From Candidatus Cryptobacteroides sp. (GTDB lineage: Bacteria > Bacteroidota > Bacteroidia > Bacteroidales > UBA932), in contig JAZLLA010000053.1 of assembly GCA_045597895.1 (NCBI GenBank), positions 24,988 through 88,987 on the forward strand: DNA of 64,000 bases, in the 5' to 3' direction. Positions within the stretch are counted from its first letter, which is position 1. Each line of letters begins with the position of its first letter. Positions 20,071 through 28,006 of this stretch are shown here, piece by piece. A model generated the notes under the pieces. The model worked only from the letters and a program-made list of their open reading frames with translations, made no database searches and was not told the origin of the DNA. Made by a program: the position numbers and the translations under genes.

Positions 20071-21351
20071 CTAAAGGTTGAATGCTTCCTTGATGGTTTC
20101 GACGCTGTCGAGCTTCTCCCAGCCGTAGAACTGGACTTCCTTCTCGATTTCGCGGCGGCCGAGACCGTCTCCGAGGTCGCGCTCAAGCTTGAGGACCTTG
20201 GTGAACGGGGCCTTTCCGAAGTGGCCGTATGCGGCGGTGTCGGCGTAGATAGGGTTGAGGAGCTGGAACTTCTCAGCTATCTTGGCCGGACGCAGGTCGA
20301 ATATTTCATTGATCTTCTCAGCGATCTCAGCGTCGGTCAGACCGGCCTTGGCCGTGCCGTAGCTGTTCACGAATACGCTGACAGGGCGTGCGACTCCGAT
20401 GGCGTAGGCGAGCTGGACGAGCATTTCGTCGGCTACTCCCGCTGCCACCATGTTCTTGGCGATGTATCTGGCTGCATAGGCTGCGCTGCGGTCCACCTTG
20501 GAAGGGTCCTTCCCTGAGAAGGCTCCGCCACCGTGTGCGCCCTTGCCGCCGTAGGTGTCGACGATGATCTTGCGGCCGGTGAGTCCGGTGTCTCCTGCAG
20601 GGCCTCCGATCACGAAGTTGCCGGTAGGATTGACAAAGAGCTTGTAATCACCCTGGAAGAGGGCGGCTGTCTGGGCCGGCAGGGACTTGATCAGGGCCGG
20701 CAGAACGATGGCGCGCACGTCGCGCTCGATGCGTGCGTGCATGGCCTCGACGCTGTCGAACTCGTCGTGCTGGGTGCTGAGCACTATGGTGTGGACGCGG
20801 ACCGGCTTTCCGGTCTGTCCGTCATATTCGATGGTGAACTGTGATTTTGCATCCGGACGGAGGTAGTCCATCACTCCCGGCTGGTTGTGACGGATGTCGG
20901 CGAGGATGATGAGAAGCTTGTGCGAAAGGGCGAGCGGCAGAGGCATGTACTCCTCTGTGTCGCGGCACGCGTAGCCGAACATCATTCCCTGGTCGCCGGC
21001 TCCCTGCTCCTCAGGGTCTTCGCGGACGACGCCCATGCGGATGTCGGCGCTCTGCTCGTGGATGGCCGAGAGCAGGCCGCAGCTCTGGCTGCTGAACATC
21101 AGCTCGGAAGAGTTGTATCCTATTTTTTCGATGACGTCACGTGCAGTCTTCTGGATGTCCACATATGCGTGGTCGGAGCGGACCTCTCCGCCCACTACTA
21201 CGAGTCCGGTGCTGCAGAAAGTCTCGCAGGCGACCTTGGCGGCTTCGTCCTGGCGGAGGAATTCGTCGAGTATTGCGTCTGAAATCTGGTCGGCGACTTT
21301 GTCCGGGTGTCCTTCCGATACTGATTCGGAAGTGAAAAGGTAGTTCTTCAT
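20071..21351 (-). CDS. metK: S-adenosylmethionine synthetase
   Basis: [32 protein letters not shown] and [16 protein letters not shown] signatures. Confidence 0.95.
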   Translation of the reverse strand: MKNYLFTSESVSEGHPDKVADQISDAILDEFLRQDEAAKVACETFCSTGLVVVGGEVRSDHAYVDIQKTARDVIEKIGYNSSELMFSSQSCGLLSAIHEQSADIRMGVVREDPEEQGAGDQGMMFGYACRDTEEYMPLPLALSHKLLIILADIRHNQPGVMDYLRPDAKSQFTIEYDGQTGKPVRVHTIVLSTQHDEFDSVEAMHARIERDVRAIVLPALIKSLPAQTAALFQGDYKLFVNPTGNFVIGGPAGDTGLTGRKIIVDTYGGKGAHGGGAFSGKDPSKVDRSAAYAARYIAKNMVAAGVADEMLVQLAYAIGVARPVSVFVNSYGTAKAGLTDAEIAEKINEIFDLRPAKIAEKFQLLNPIYADTAAYGHFGKAPFTKVLKLERDLGDGLGRREIEKEVQFYGWEKLDSVETIKEAFNL

Positions 21352-21394
21352 AATAAAAAATCTCCAGCGTTATATACACGTGGAGAGACACATA

Positions 21395-21473
21395 GAGCTA
21401 TATGATAAAATTTTAGCTTTTTTTTGTGTGGTTGCAAGCAATCAAATCAGTCCACGTTTCCGATGCAAAGGTA
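21395..21473 (-). promoter_or_regulatory. metK promoter plus possible SAM-II-like riboswitch leader
   Basis: On the minus strand: a -7 box TACCTTTG (plus coordinates 21466-21473) with TTTG 18 nt upstream. An approximately 105-nt leader then contains GAUUUGAUUGCUUGCAACCACACAAAAAAAAGCUAAAA. GCUU and AAGC can form the pseudoknot helix, and the A-rich AAAGCU string resembles my memory of the SAM-II consensus. Confidence 0.3.
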
Positions 21474-21543
21474 CATATTAAATATTAATTGCAAACTTTT
21501 TTTGATGAAATTGTTGAAAATCATATCAAATCCTTGGATTTTT

Positions 21544-21575
21544 TTTGGTGTATTTTTCAAAAACGCGTAATTTTG
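21544..21575 (+). promoter_or_regulatory. Bacteroides-type promoter for the TonB-dependent receptor operon
   Basis: TTTG (21544-21547), 20 nt, then TAATTTTG (21568-21575), 45 nt upstream of the ATG at 21620. Confidence 0.45.
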
Positions 21576-21619
21576 CACTTTATTGTTAAAGACAGTGATT
21601 ATATTATATATAAACCATT

Positions 21620-24600
21620 ATGCGTCAAACAATTAAAAGAGTTTTGGCCGCAATCGCGGCCATTCTGGTGGGTGTTTCTGCCTTCGCGCAGGTCACCACG
21701 TCTTCAATGAGCGGTAAAATATCTGATGCTCAGGGTGAATCCATCCCTGGTGCAGCGGTGGTCGCCGTTCACACTCCTTCAGGAACCCAGTATTATGCTG
21801 TAGCCAATGCTGAAGGTTATTTCAACATCAACGGTATGCGCGCCGGCGGTCCTTACTCCGTAGAAGTAAGCTGCCTCGGATACCAGTCAGTGACCTACAC
21901 TGACGTAACTCTTCAGCTTGCTGAAAACTATGCGCTCAATGCCACTATGGCAGATGATTCCGAGATGCTCTCCGAAGCCATCATCATCTCCACGGCAGCA
22001 TCCAAGTTCGCAGCTGAAAAGACCGGTGCATCCACCAACATCAACAGGGACCAGATCACCAGCCTCCCTACCGTCAGCCGTAACATCACCGATGTTACCA
22101 GACTTTCACCTTACGGTGGAAACGGTATGACCTTCATGGGTGCTGATGACCGTTCTTCAAACTTCACGGTCGATGGCGCAAACTTCAACAACAACTTCGG
22201 TCTTAGCGGTGACCTCCCTGGCGGCGGTAACCCTATCTCCATCGATGCCATCGAAGAAATGCAGGTCGTTATCTCTCCTTACGATGTACGCCAGACCAAC
22301 TTCATCGGCGGCGGTGTGAACGCTATCACCAAGTCCGGTACCAACACCACAAAGGGAAGCGCTTATGTATATCATAAGAACGAGTTCATGCGCGGTAACA
22401 CCGTTGCCGGCCTCGAGCTCGGAGACCGCAATGCTGACCGTACCACCACTTACGGTGCTACCCTCGGCGGCCCTATCATCAAGAACAAGCTCTTCTACTT
22501 CGTCAACTTCGAGTTCATCCCTCATCCTGAGGAGACTTCACGCTGGCAGGCTTCAGATGACGGTGTTGCCGACCCTGATCTCTACATTTCACGCGTGACC
22601 AAGTCCGACATGCAGAAAGTCAAGGATTTCGTGAAGGAAAAGTACGGCTATGACACCGGCTCCTACACCGATTTCAGCGGCAATGAGATGAATATGAAGG
22701 CTCTTGCCCGTATCGACTGGAACATCAACGACAACCATCACCTCGCTTTCCGTTACAACTACACCGTTTCCAAGGAGTGCAACTATACCAATGCATCTTC
22801 TTCAGACTGCGGACAGCGTGCCACTGAGGCCCGTATCGGTAAGTACTCAATGTCTTTCAGAAACTGCTTCTATACAATGAACAACCTTGTGAGCTCTTTC
22901 TCACTCGACCTGAACAGCCGTTTCTCAAACAACATCGTGAACCAGTTCCTGGCTACCTATTCAAAGCTTGACACTACCCGTGGAACCGATTCAGACTACT
23001 TCCCTCACGTGGATATCCTCGACGGAACAGGAACCATCACTCCGTACATGTCCCTCGGTTACGAGCTCTTCACATGGCAGAACGGTTACCATAACAACGT
23101 GTTCAACCTCAAGGATGACCTCACCATCTACAAGGGCGCCCACAAACTTACCGCCGGTCTCGCTTACGAGTACCAGATGGCTGACAACGCTTACCTCAGA
23201 AACGGTACAGGTTACTACCGTTACAACTCTCTCGAGGACTTCCTCACAGGAGCAACCCCTGAGACCGTTAACTTCACCTACGGTTACGAGAACCTCATGC
23301 GTGACGATCCTGCAAGCCGTGTAATGTATCACAAGGCCAGCATCTATGCTCAGGACGACTGGGATGTAACCCCAAGATTCAAGCTTACCGCTGGTGTCCG
23401 TATCGACGACTTCTTCTTCGATAACAGCAACATCATCACCAACCAGGCCGTTTACGACCTCGAGTATCCTGATGCTGACGGCAACATCCGCCACATCGAT
23501 ACCGGCAAGTGGCCAAAGGCCGTTCCTATCGTTTCCCCTCGTATCGGCTTCACCTGGGACGTTCTCGGTGACAAGAGCCTCAAGGTACGTGGAGGTACCG
23601 GTCTCTTCTCAGGACGTATTCCTCTCGTGTTCCTCACCAACATGCCTTCAAACTCTTCAATGAACCAGTATGCCGGTATCATCACCACCAAGTATAAGGA
23701 TGGTGTAGGCACTCCTGATCCTAACCTGGAGGCCTTCAAGGGCGGACTCATCACTGACAGAGAGGTAATGAGACAGAAATGGTATGACCTCGGCTATCCT
23801 AAGGAGATTTCTGCAGAAGACGGTAAGATCCCTTCAAAGCTCGCAGCAGTCGATCCTAACTTCAAGATGCCTCAGGTCTGGAAGACTTCCATCGCTATCG
23901 ATTATGCTTTCCCTACCTCATTCCCATTCACCGTTACTGTTGAAGGTATCTACAACAAGAACGTGAACGCTTCTACAATGGAAGACTGGAACATGATCCC
24001 TGTAGACGGATTTGCAAGGTTCAACGGTGCTGACAGCCGTCCTATCTATCCTGCAAACTACACTTATACCAAGTCTCCTGCATACGTACTTACCAATACC
24101 CATCTCGGATATGGCTATTCAGGGAACATCACTGTGAACATGGCTCCTGTCGAGGGCCTCAGCATCATGGCTGCATACACTCACACTGTTTCAAAGGAAC
24201 TTACTTCACTCCCTGGATCAGACCCTGCATCCATCTTCAACTATGTTCCTACCGTTGCGGGTCCTAACTATACTTCCCTGCATTCAGCACAGAACGTAAC
24301 TCCTGACCGTGTAGTGGCTTCCATTACCCACAACGACAGGAGCCACAACCACTTCGGCTTCATCTATGAGGCCTGGAGAGGCGGTTACAACTATTCATAT
24401 ATGCTTACCAACGATATGAACTCCGACAACTACAAGTACGATTCCCTCTTCATCCCTACCGAAGAGCAGGTCGCTAACGGTGAGTTCAGGTTCGTTTCTC
24501 CAGATGATGCCCAGCGTTTCATGGACTTCGTGAACAATGACCCATATCTCAGCAAGCACAAGGGCGAATATGCAGAAGGTTATGCAGTGTTCTCACCTTG

Positions 24601-24916
24601 GGTTCACAGAGTTGACTTCAGCTACAAGCACGATTTCCAGCTCAAGCTCGGTAATACCACCAACACCCTCCAGCTCAGCCTCGATGTCAAGAATCTTCTT
24701 AACCTCTTCAACTCAAGCTGGGGTGTAAGCAAGTACCTCAACCCTCAGATTGGTTCTGAGGCACGTATCCTTCAGTACGAAGGTGTGGACGCTGAAGGTT
24801 ATCCGACCTTCTCCACCCCTGGTGTCATCAATGGAAGCACCGAGACATTCGTTCACAACACAGGTATCGGCCAGTGCTGGTATGCATCCATCGGTATCAA
24901 GTATTTGTTCAACTAA
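21620..24916 (+). CDS. TonB-dependent outer membrane receptor with N-terminal carboxypeptidase-regulatory-like domain
   Basis: Signal peptide. CarboxypepD_reg-like GKISDAQGESIPGAAVV...GYFNINGMRAGGPYSVEVSCLGYQ. Plug region with ITSLPTVSRNITDV. 1098 aa of beta-barrel ending in an aromatic-rich terminal strand IGIKYLFN. Confidence 0.85.
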   Translation: MRQTIKRVLAAIAAILVGVSAFAQVTTSSMSGKISDAQGESIPGAAVVAVHTPSGTQYYAVANAEGYFNINGMRAGGPYSVEVSCLGYQSVTYTDVTLQLAENYALNATMADDSEMLSEAIIISTAASKFAAEKTGASTNINRDQITSLPTVSRNITDVTRLSPYGGNGMTFMGADDRSSNFTVDGANFNNNFGLSGDLPGGGNPISIDAIEEMQVVISPYDVRQTNFIGGGVNAITKSGTNTTKGSAYVYHKNEFMRGNTVAGLELGDRNADRTTTYGATLGGPIIKNKLFYFVNFEFIPHPEETSRWQASDDGVADPDLYISRVTKSDMQKVKDFVKEKYGYDTGSYTDFSGNEMNMKALARIDWNINDNHHLAFRYNYTVSKECNYTNASSSDCGQRATEARIGKYSMSFRNCFYTMNNLVSSFSLDLNSRFSNNIVNQFLATYSKLDTTRGTDSDYFPHVDILDGTGTITPYMSLGYELFTWQNGYHNNVFNLKDDLTIYKGAHKLTAGLAYEYQMADNAYLRNGTGYYRYNSLEDFLTGATPETVNFTYGYENLMRDDPASRVMYHKASIYAQDDWDVTPRFKLTAGVRIDDFFFDNSNIITNQAVYDLEYPDADGNIRHIDTGKWPKAVPIVSPRIGFTWDVLGDKSLKVRGGTGLFSGRIPLVFLTNMPSNSSMNQYAGIITTKYKDGVGTPDPNLEAFKGGLITDREVMRQKWYDLGYPKEISAEDGKIPSKLAAVDPNFKMPQVWKTSIAIDYAFPTSFPFTVTVEGIYNKNVNASTMEDWNMIPVDGFARFNGADSRPIYPANYTYTKSPAYVLTNTHLGYGYSGNITVNMAPVEGLSIMAAYTHTVSKELTSLPGSDPASIFNYVPTVAGPNYTSLHSAQNVTPDRVVASITHNDRSHNHFGFIYEAWRGGYNYSYMLTNDMNSDNYKYDSLFIPTEEQVANGEFRFVSPDDAQRFMDFVNNDPYLSKHKGEYAEGYAVFSPWVHRVDFSYKHDFQLKLGNTTNTLQLSLDVKNLLNLFNSSWGVSKYLNPQIGSEARILQYEGVDAEGYPTFSTPGVINGSTETFVHNTGIGQCWYASIGIKYLFN

Positions 24917-24934
24917 TCCGCAGCCAATTACAAT

Positions 24935-26500
24935 ATGAAATTCAGATTTTTTATTGCAGCAGCTCTTCTTCTTGGACTTGCAGTAGGTTGCGAGCAGCAG
25001 GAGATCAGCACACTTGACGAGATCCAGGTATCTCAGTCATATGCTTCCCTCGACGTAAATGGTGGATCTGCCACTATTGATATCACTGCCACAGAAAGCT
25101 GGCAGGTCGTTGAAAGTTCAGTTCCTTCCTGGCTTACCGTTTCACCTATGTCAGGTGCTGCAGGCCAGAGCAAGCTCTCCCTTTCAGCCAGTTCTACAAA
25201 GGCCACCAATGAGGCTGACATCCAGATCGTATGCGCAGGAAAGACCCAGCATATCAGCGTTATCCAGTTTGCACAGAAAGTTGACCCTGTCATCTCTTCT
25301 GTAGCTGCCGTGAACGCAGGTGCCGACGGCGTTACCTACCGTGTGAAGGGTGTTGTCTCTTCTTATGATGCAGGCAACTCCAATGCAGTCCTTTATGGAA
25401 ACTGGTATATTACCGATGAGACCGGTACCCTTTATATCTACGGTACCCTCGACAAAGGCGGTAACACAAAGGGCAACCCTCTCACTTCATGGGGTATCGA
25501 GGTCGGTGACGAGGTGACCATCGAAGGTCCTAAGTCCACCTACAATGGAACAGTGGAGCTCGTTGACGTAGCTGTCATCTCCATTACCAAGTCCCTTATC
25601 AAGGTTGACGAGGTTCCTGAGGAGCCAGTCGCTCTCGAGGGTGGTACATTCGACGTGAAGCTCACCTGCAAGGGTGACGGTGTCAGCGTAAACATTCCTG
25701 CAGAGGCCAAGTCATGGCTTTCAGTAACAGGTATCCAGACTTCAGGTACCACTGCTACCGTTACCTTCGTAGCAGCTCCTAACACAGGTGGAGACCGCTC
25801 GGTTGAACTTACCTTCGTTACCACATCTGCCGGCAAGACTTATTCTTCCGTTGCTACCATCGCTCAGGCCGGTGCTATCATCGACTGCACCATCGCCGAG
25901 TACCTCGAGGCCGCAGAGGATGACACCCAGTACCGCATCTCCGGTATCATCACCACCGTATCCTCGGATTCTGAGAAGTATGGTGCAAACCTTTACGTCA
26001 AGGACGCTACAGGTGAGACCTACGTTTATGGTACTACCGACAAGGATGGCAATGTCCAGACCCTTGCTTCATTCGGAGCAAAGGAGGGTGACATCGTCGA
26101 ATTGGTAGGAAAGAGATCTTCATACAAGGGCGTTCCTCAGATGGCCAATGGCGCACTCCAGTCATTCAAGACTGTCACCCCTGTCAAGGCTGCTGACGTT
26201 GACGCTCTTGCTGACGACGACAAGAACGACCCTCAGAACTACATCATGCTTCAAGGTGTCGTTGCCAAGAACCCTAACTATGACATCGCTCCTTACGGTA
26301 ATTTCGACCTCGTCGATGAAACCGGCGCTGTCCTTGTCTACGGTGTATCCACCGGATGGAAGGGTGAGACCAAGAAGTTCGACACTCTCGGCGTGAAGGA
26401 AGGTGACATCATTACTATCGTCGCTTACAAGACCTCCTACAAGGGCAATGCCCAGGTAGTCGGTATGTATGTCTCCCACGAATCCATTTCCACCCAGTAG
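24935..26500 (+). CDS. surface lipoprotein with two BACON-like domains and three OB-fold-like repeats
   Basis: Lipobox LGLAVGC. BACON-like ATIDITATESWQVVESSVPSWLTVSPMSGAAGQSKLSLS. Three repeats of the pattern YR(V/I).G......GN.Y..D.TG..Y(I/V)YG......GD.V....K..YKG, also present in the nuclease at 32376. Confidence 0.6.
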   Translation: MKFRFFIAAALLLGLAVGCEQQEISTLDEIQVSQSYASLDVNGGSATIDITATESWQVVESSVPSWLTVSPMSGAAGQSKLSLSASSTKATNEADIQIVCAGKTQHISVIQFAQKVDPVISSVAAVNAGADGVTYRVKGVVSSYDAGNSNAVLYGNWYITDETGTLYIYGTLDKGGNTKGNPLTSWGIEVGDEVTIEGPKSTYNGTVELVDVAVISITKSLIKVDEVPEEPVALEGGTFDVKLTCKGDGVSVNIPAEAKSWLSVTGIQTSGTTATVTFVAAPNTGGDRSVELTFVTTSAGKTYSSVATIAQAGAIIDCTIAEYLEAAEDDTQYRISGIITTVSSDSEKYGANLYVKDATGETYVYGTTDKDGNVQTLASFGAKEGDIVELVGKRSSYKGVPQMANGALQSFKTVTPVKAADVDALADDDKNDPQNYIMLQGVVAKNPNYDIAPYGNFDLVDETGAVLVYGVSTGWKGETKKFDTLGVKEGDIITIVAYKTSYKGNAQVVGMYVSHESISTQ

Positions 26501-26520
26501 AATACTAATCCATTCTCAAT

Positions 26521-26560
26521 AAGAAAAGAGGTCGGCTGATTCCAGCCGACCTCTTTTCTT
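26521..26560. terminator. bidirectional rho-independent terminator
   Basis: Perfect 18-bp stem AAGAAAAGAGGTCGGCTG / CAGCCGACCTCTTTTCTT with a 4-nt loop. The A/T tracts inside the arms give a U-tail on either strand. Confidence 0.85.
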
Positions 26561-26572
26561 ATGCTTAAAACC

Positions 26573-26609
26573 TCAATGGGTGGCGTAGAACTCCTCGAGC
26601 TTTGTGAAG
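26573..26609. repeat. 37-bp direct repeat, copy 1 (orphan duplicate of the esterase gene 3' end)
   Basis: TCAATGGGTGGCGTAGAACTCCTCGAGCTTtGTGAAG matches 27970-28006 with 1 mismatch. On the minus strand it would encode FTKLEEFYATH-stop, preceded by an in-frame stop. Confidence 0.9.
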
Positions 26610-26629
26610 ATTTACGAAACATACGATTC

Positions 26630-26980
26630 TTACTTTGTACGGGACAGGTAGTCGAGAATCCACTGTTTGAGGACAGGTATGTCATCAGTATATACTCTCC
26701 AGATTGTCTGGAACCTCACCCGATAATAATCATGTACCAGAATATGACGGAGGCCCTCAATCGCTTCCCAGTCTATTTCTGGATTTACTGTTACAAACTC
26801 TCTTGAAAGCATGTATGAACATTCTCCTATGTGTTGGACATTATAGGCAACAGCATGACATAGAATCTTGTCTGCGACAAAAGCATCTTCTGATTCAGTG
26901 TCCGCGAGAAATGATTCGATATTGTCAATAGCTTCGAGAATCAGTTCCAGGCGTGCCTGATCGTTGATTTTATTTCTCAT
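26630..26980 (-). CDS. hepT: HepT-like (DUF86) ribonuclease toxin
   Basis: 116 aa with the R-x4-H-x-Y motif in GLRHILVHDYY. 11-nt overlap with the upstream nucleotidyltransferase gene. Confidence 0.85.
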   Translation of the reverse strand: MRNKINDQARLELILEAIDNIESFLADTESEDAFVADKILCHAVAYNVQHIGECSYMLSREFVTVNPEIDWEAIEGLRHILVHDYYRVRFQTIWRVYTDDIPVLKQWILDYLSRTK

Positions 26981-27902
26981 AGACGAGGCGTTTATCTGTA
27001 TTTGCAGAAGAAATAGCTGCGGGAATCAGCTGCCCGTCTTCAATCAAATCGACTTCTCGTCCTACAATATTTTCGAGATCGAGCCGATACCTTATCCGTT
27101 TCAAAAGGGATTCATCGTAGGAATACTTAACAAGCAGATCCAAATCACTGTTTTCTGTCTCTTCGCATCTGGAGTAGGATCCGAACACCCAAGCTTTTTC
27201 AACTGGGATGGTCCTGAGATAATTCCGGATGTCTGAGAACATCTTTACCCGTCCCTGATCGACTCCATCCATCAATGATTGTATTTCCGCACGTTTGTTG
27301 CGGCGCCCGGCGTATCTTAATAACCGGCTCTGGTTGACAGTATATGTTTCAAAGCAGTATTGGAACTCTTTTTTCAAAGATACTGGATCCGTGTTCTCTG
27401 CAGCCATATCCACAAGGCTCTTTTCAATGGATGGAACAGGTACTCCGCCGTATAGGGAAAGAGGGGATTCGGAAACGAGAGGTTTGACTATTGTAATGCC
27501 GGAAATGTCAGCCATCGGGAATTCCGCTTCATTATCCCGAAATGCAAGGATGTGATGGGAACGAAGAATATTCACAACGTTGTCGATGTTGTGGTATGGG
27601 ACTTCAACAAAGACGTTTCCGTTTTTTTCGCTAAGGCAGAATGAAATGCCTTCTGCGTCATCCACCATGTTCCTATGGATATCGAGCAAGGCCTGCGAGA
27701 AACTGTATCGCATGTCCAGACCCTTCAATGTTCGGTATTTGCCTTTTCCGACAGCTTCAAGTCTGCCGGAGTCAATGAGCCTCCTTATTCTTGAGTACAC
27801 GGTCTGGGTGGGAACTCCGGGGAACAGTCTGAAGAAGTCAGAAGTCGTCATTTCAGATTTACCGTCCAGTAATATTTCGAGTTTCTTTTCCATACGCGTC
27901 AA
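26970..27902 (-). CDS. MNT-type nucleotidyltransferase antitoxin fused to an N-terminal AbiEi-like wHTH antitoxin module
   Basis: C-terminal 90 aa: GSYSRCEETENSDLDLLV (the G-S-x10-D-x-D Pol-beta NTase motif). N-terminal 215 aa: MTTSDFFRLFPGVPTQTVYSRIRRLIDSGRLEAVGKGKYRT (AbiEi_4-like wHTH) and VPVPSIEKSLVDMAAE (resembles the AbiEi S/TPE.xLLD motif). Confidence 0.75.
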   Translation of the reverse strand: MTRMEKKLEILLDGKSEMTTSDFFRLFPGVPTQTVYSRIRRLIDSGRLEAVGKGKYRTLKGLDMRYSFSQALLDIHRNMVDDAEGISFCLSEKNGNVFVEVPYHNIDNVVNILRSHHILAFRDNEAEFPMADISGITIVKPLVSESPLSLYGGVPVPSIEKSLVDMAAENTDPVSLKKEFQYCFETYTVNQSRLLRYAGRRNKRAEIQSLMDGVDQGRVKMFSDIRNYLRTIPVEKAWVFGSYSRCEETENSDLDLLVKYSYDESLLKRIRYRLDLENIVGREVDLIEDGQLIPAAISSANTDKRLVYEK

Positions 27903-27908
27903 AAATAC

Positions 27909-27949
27909 AAATAAATCGGCAAATACTATAAATATTTGCCGATTTATTT
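27909..27949. terminator. AT-rich bidirectional hairpin between the esterase operon end and the TA cassette
   Basis: Perfect 17-bp stem AAATAAATCGGCAAATA / TATTTGCCGATTTATTT with a 7-nt loop, flanked by A/T runs. Confidence 0.7.
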
Positions 27950-27969
27950 GCGATAGGAATTAATGTTAA

Positions 27970-28006
27970 TCAATGGGTGGCGTAGAACTCCTCGAGCTTG
28001 GTGAAG
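27970..28006. repeat. 37-bp direct repeat, copy 2 (true 3' end of the esterase gene)
   Basis: See 26573-26609; the copies are 1397 bp apart. Confidence 0.9.

Noticed and set aside
19567-20517. 316-aa plus-strand ORF
   Set aside because: It is antisense to smpB and metK, both of which have unmistakable signatures. No start context and no motif.
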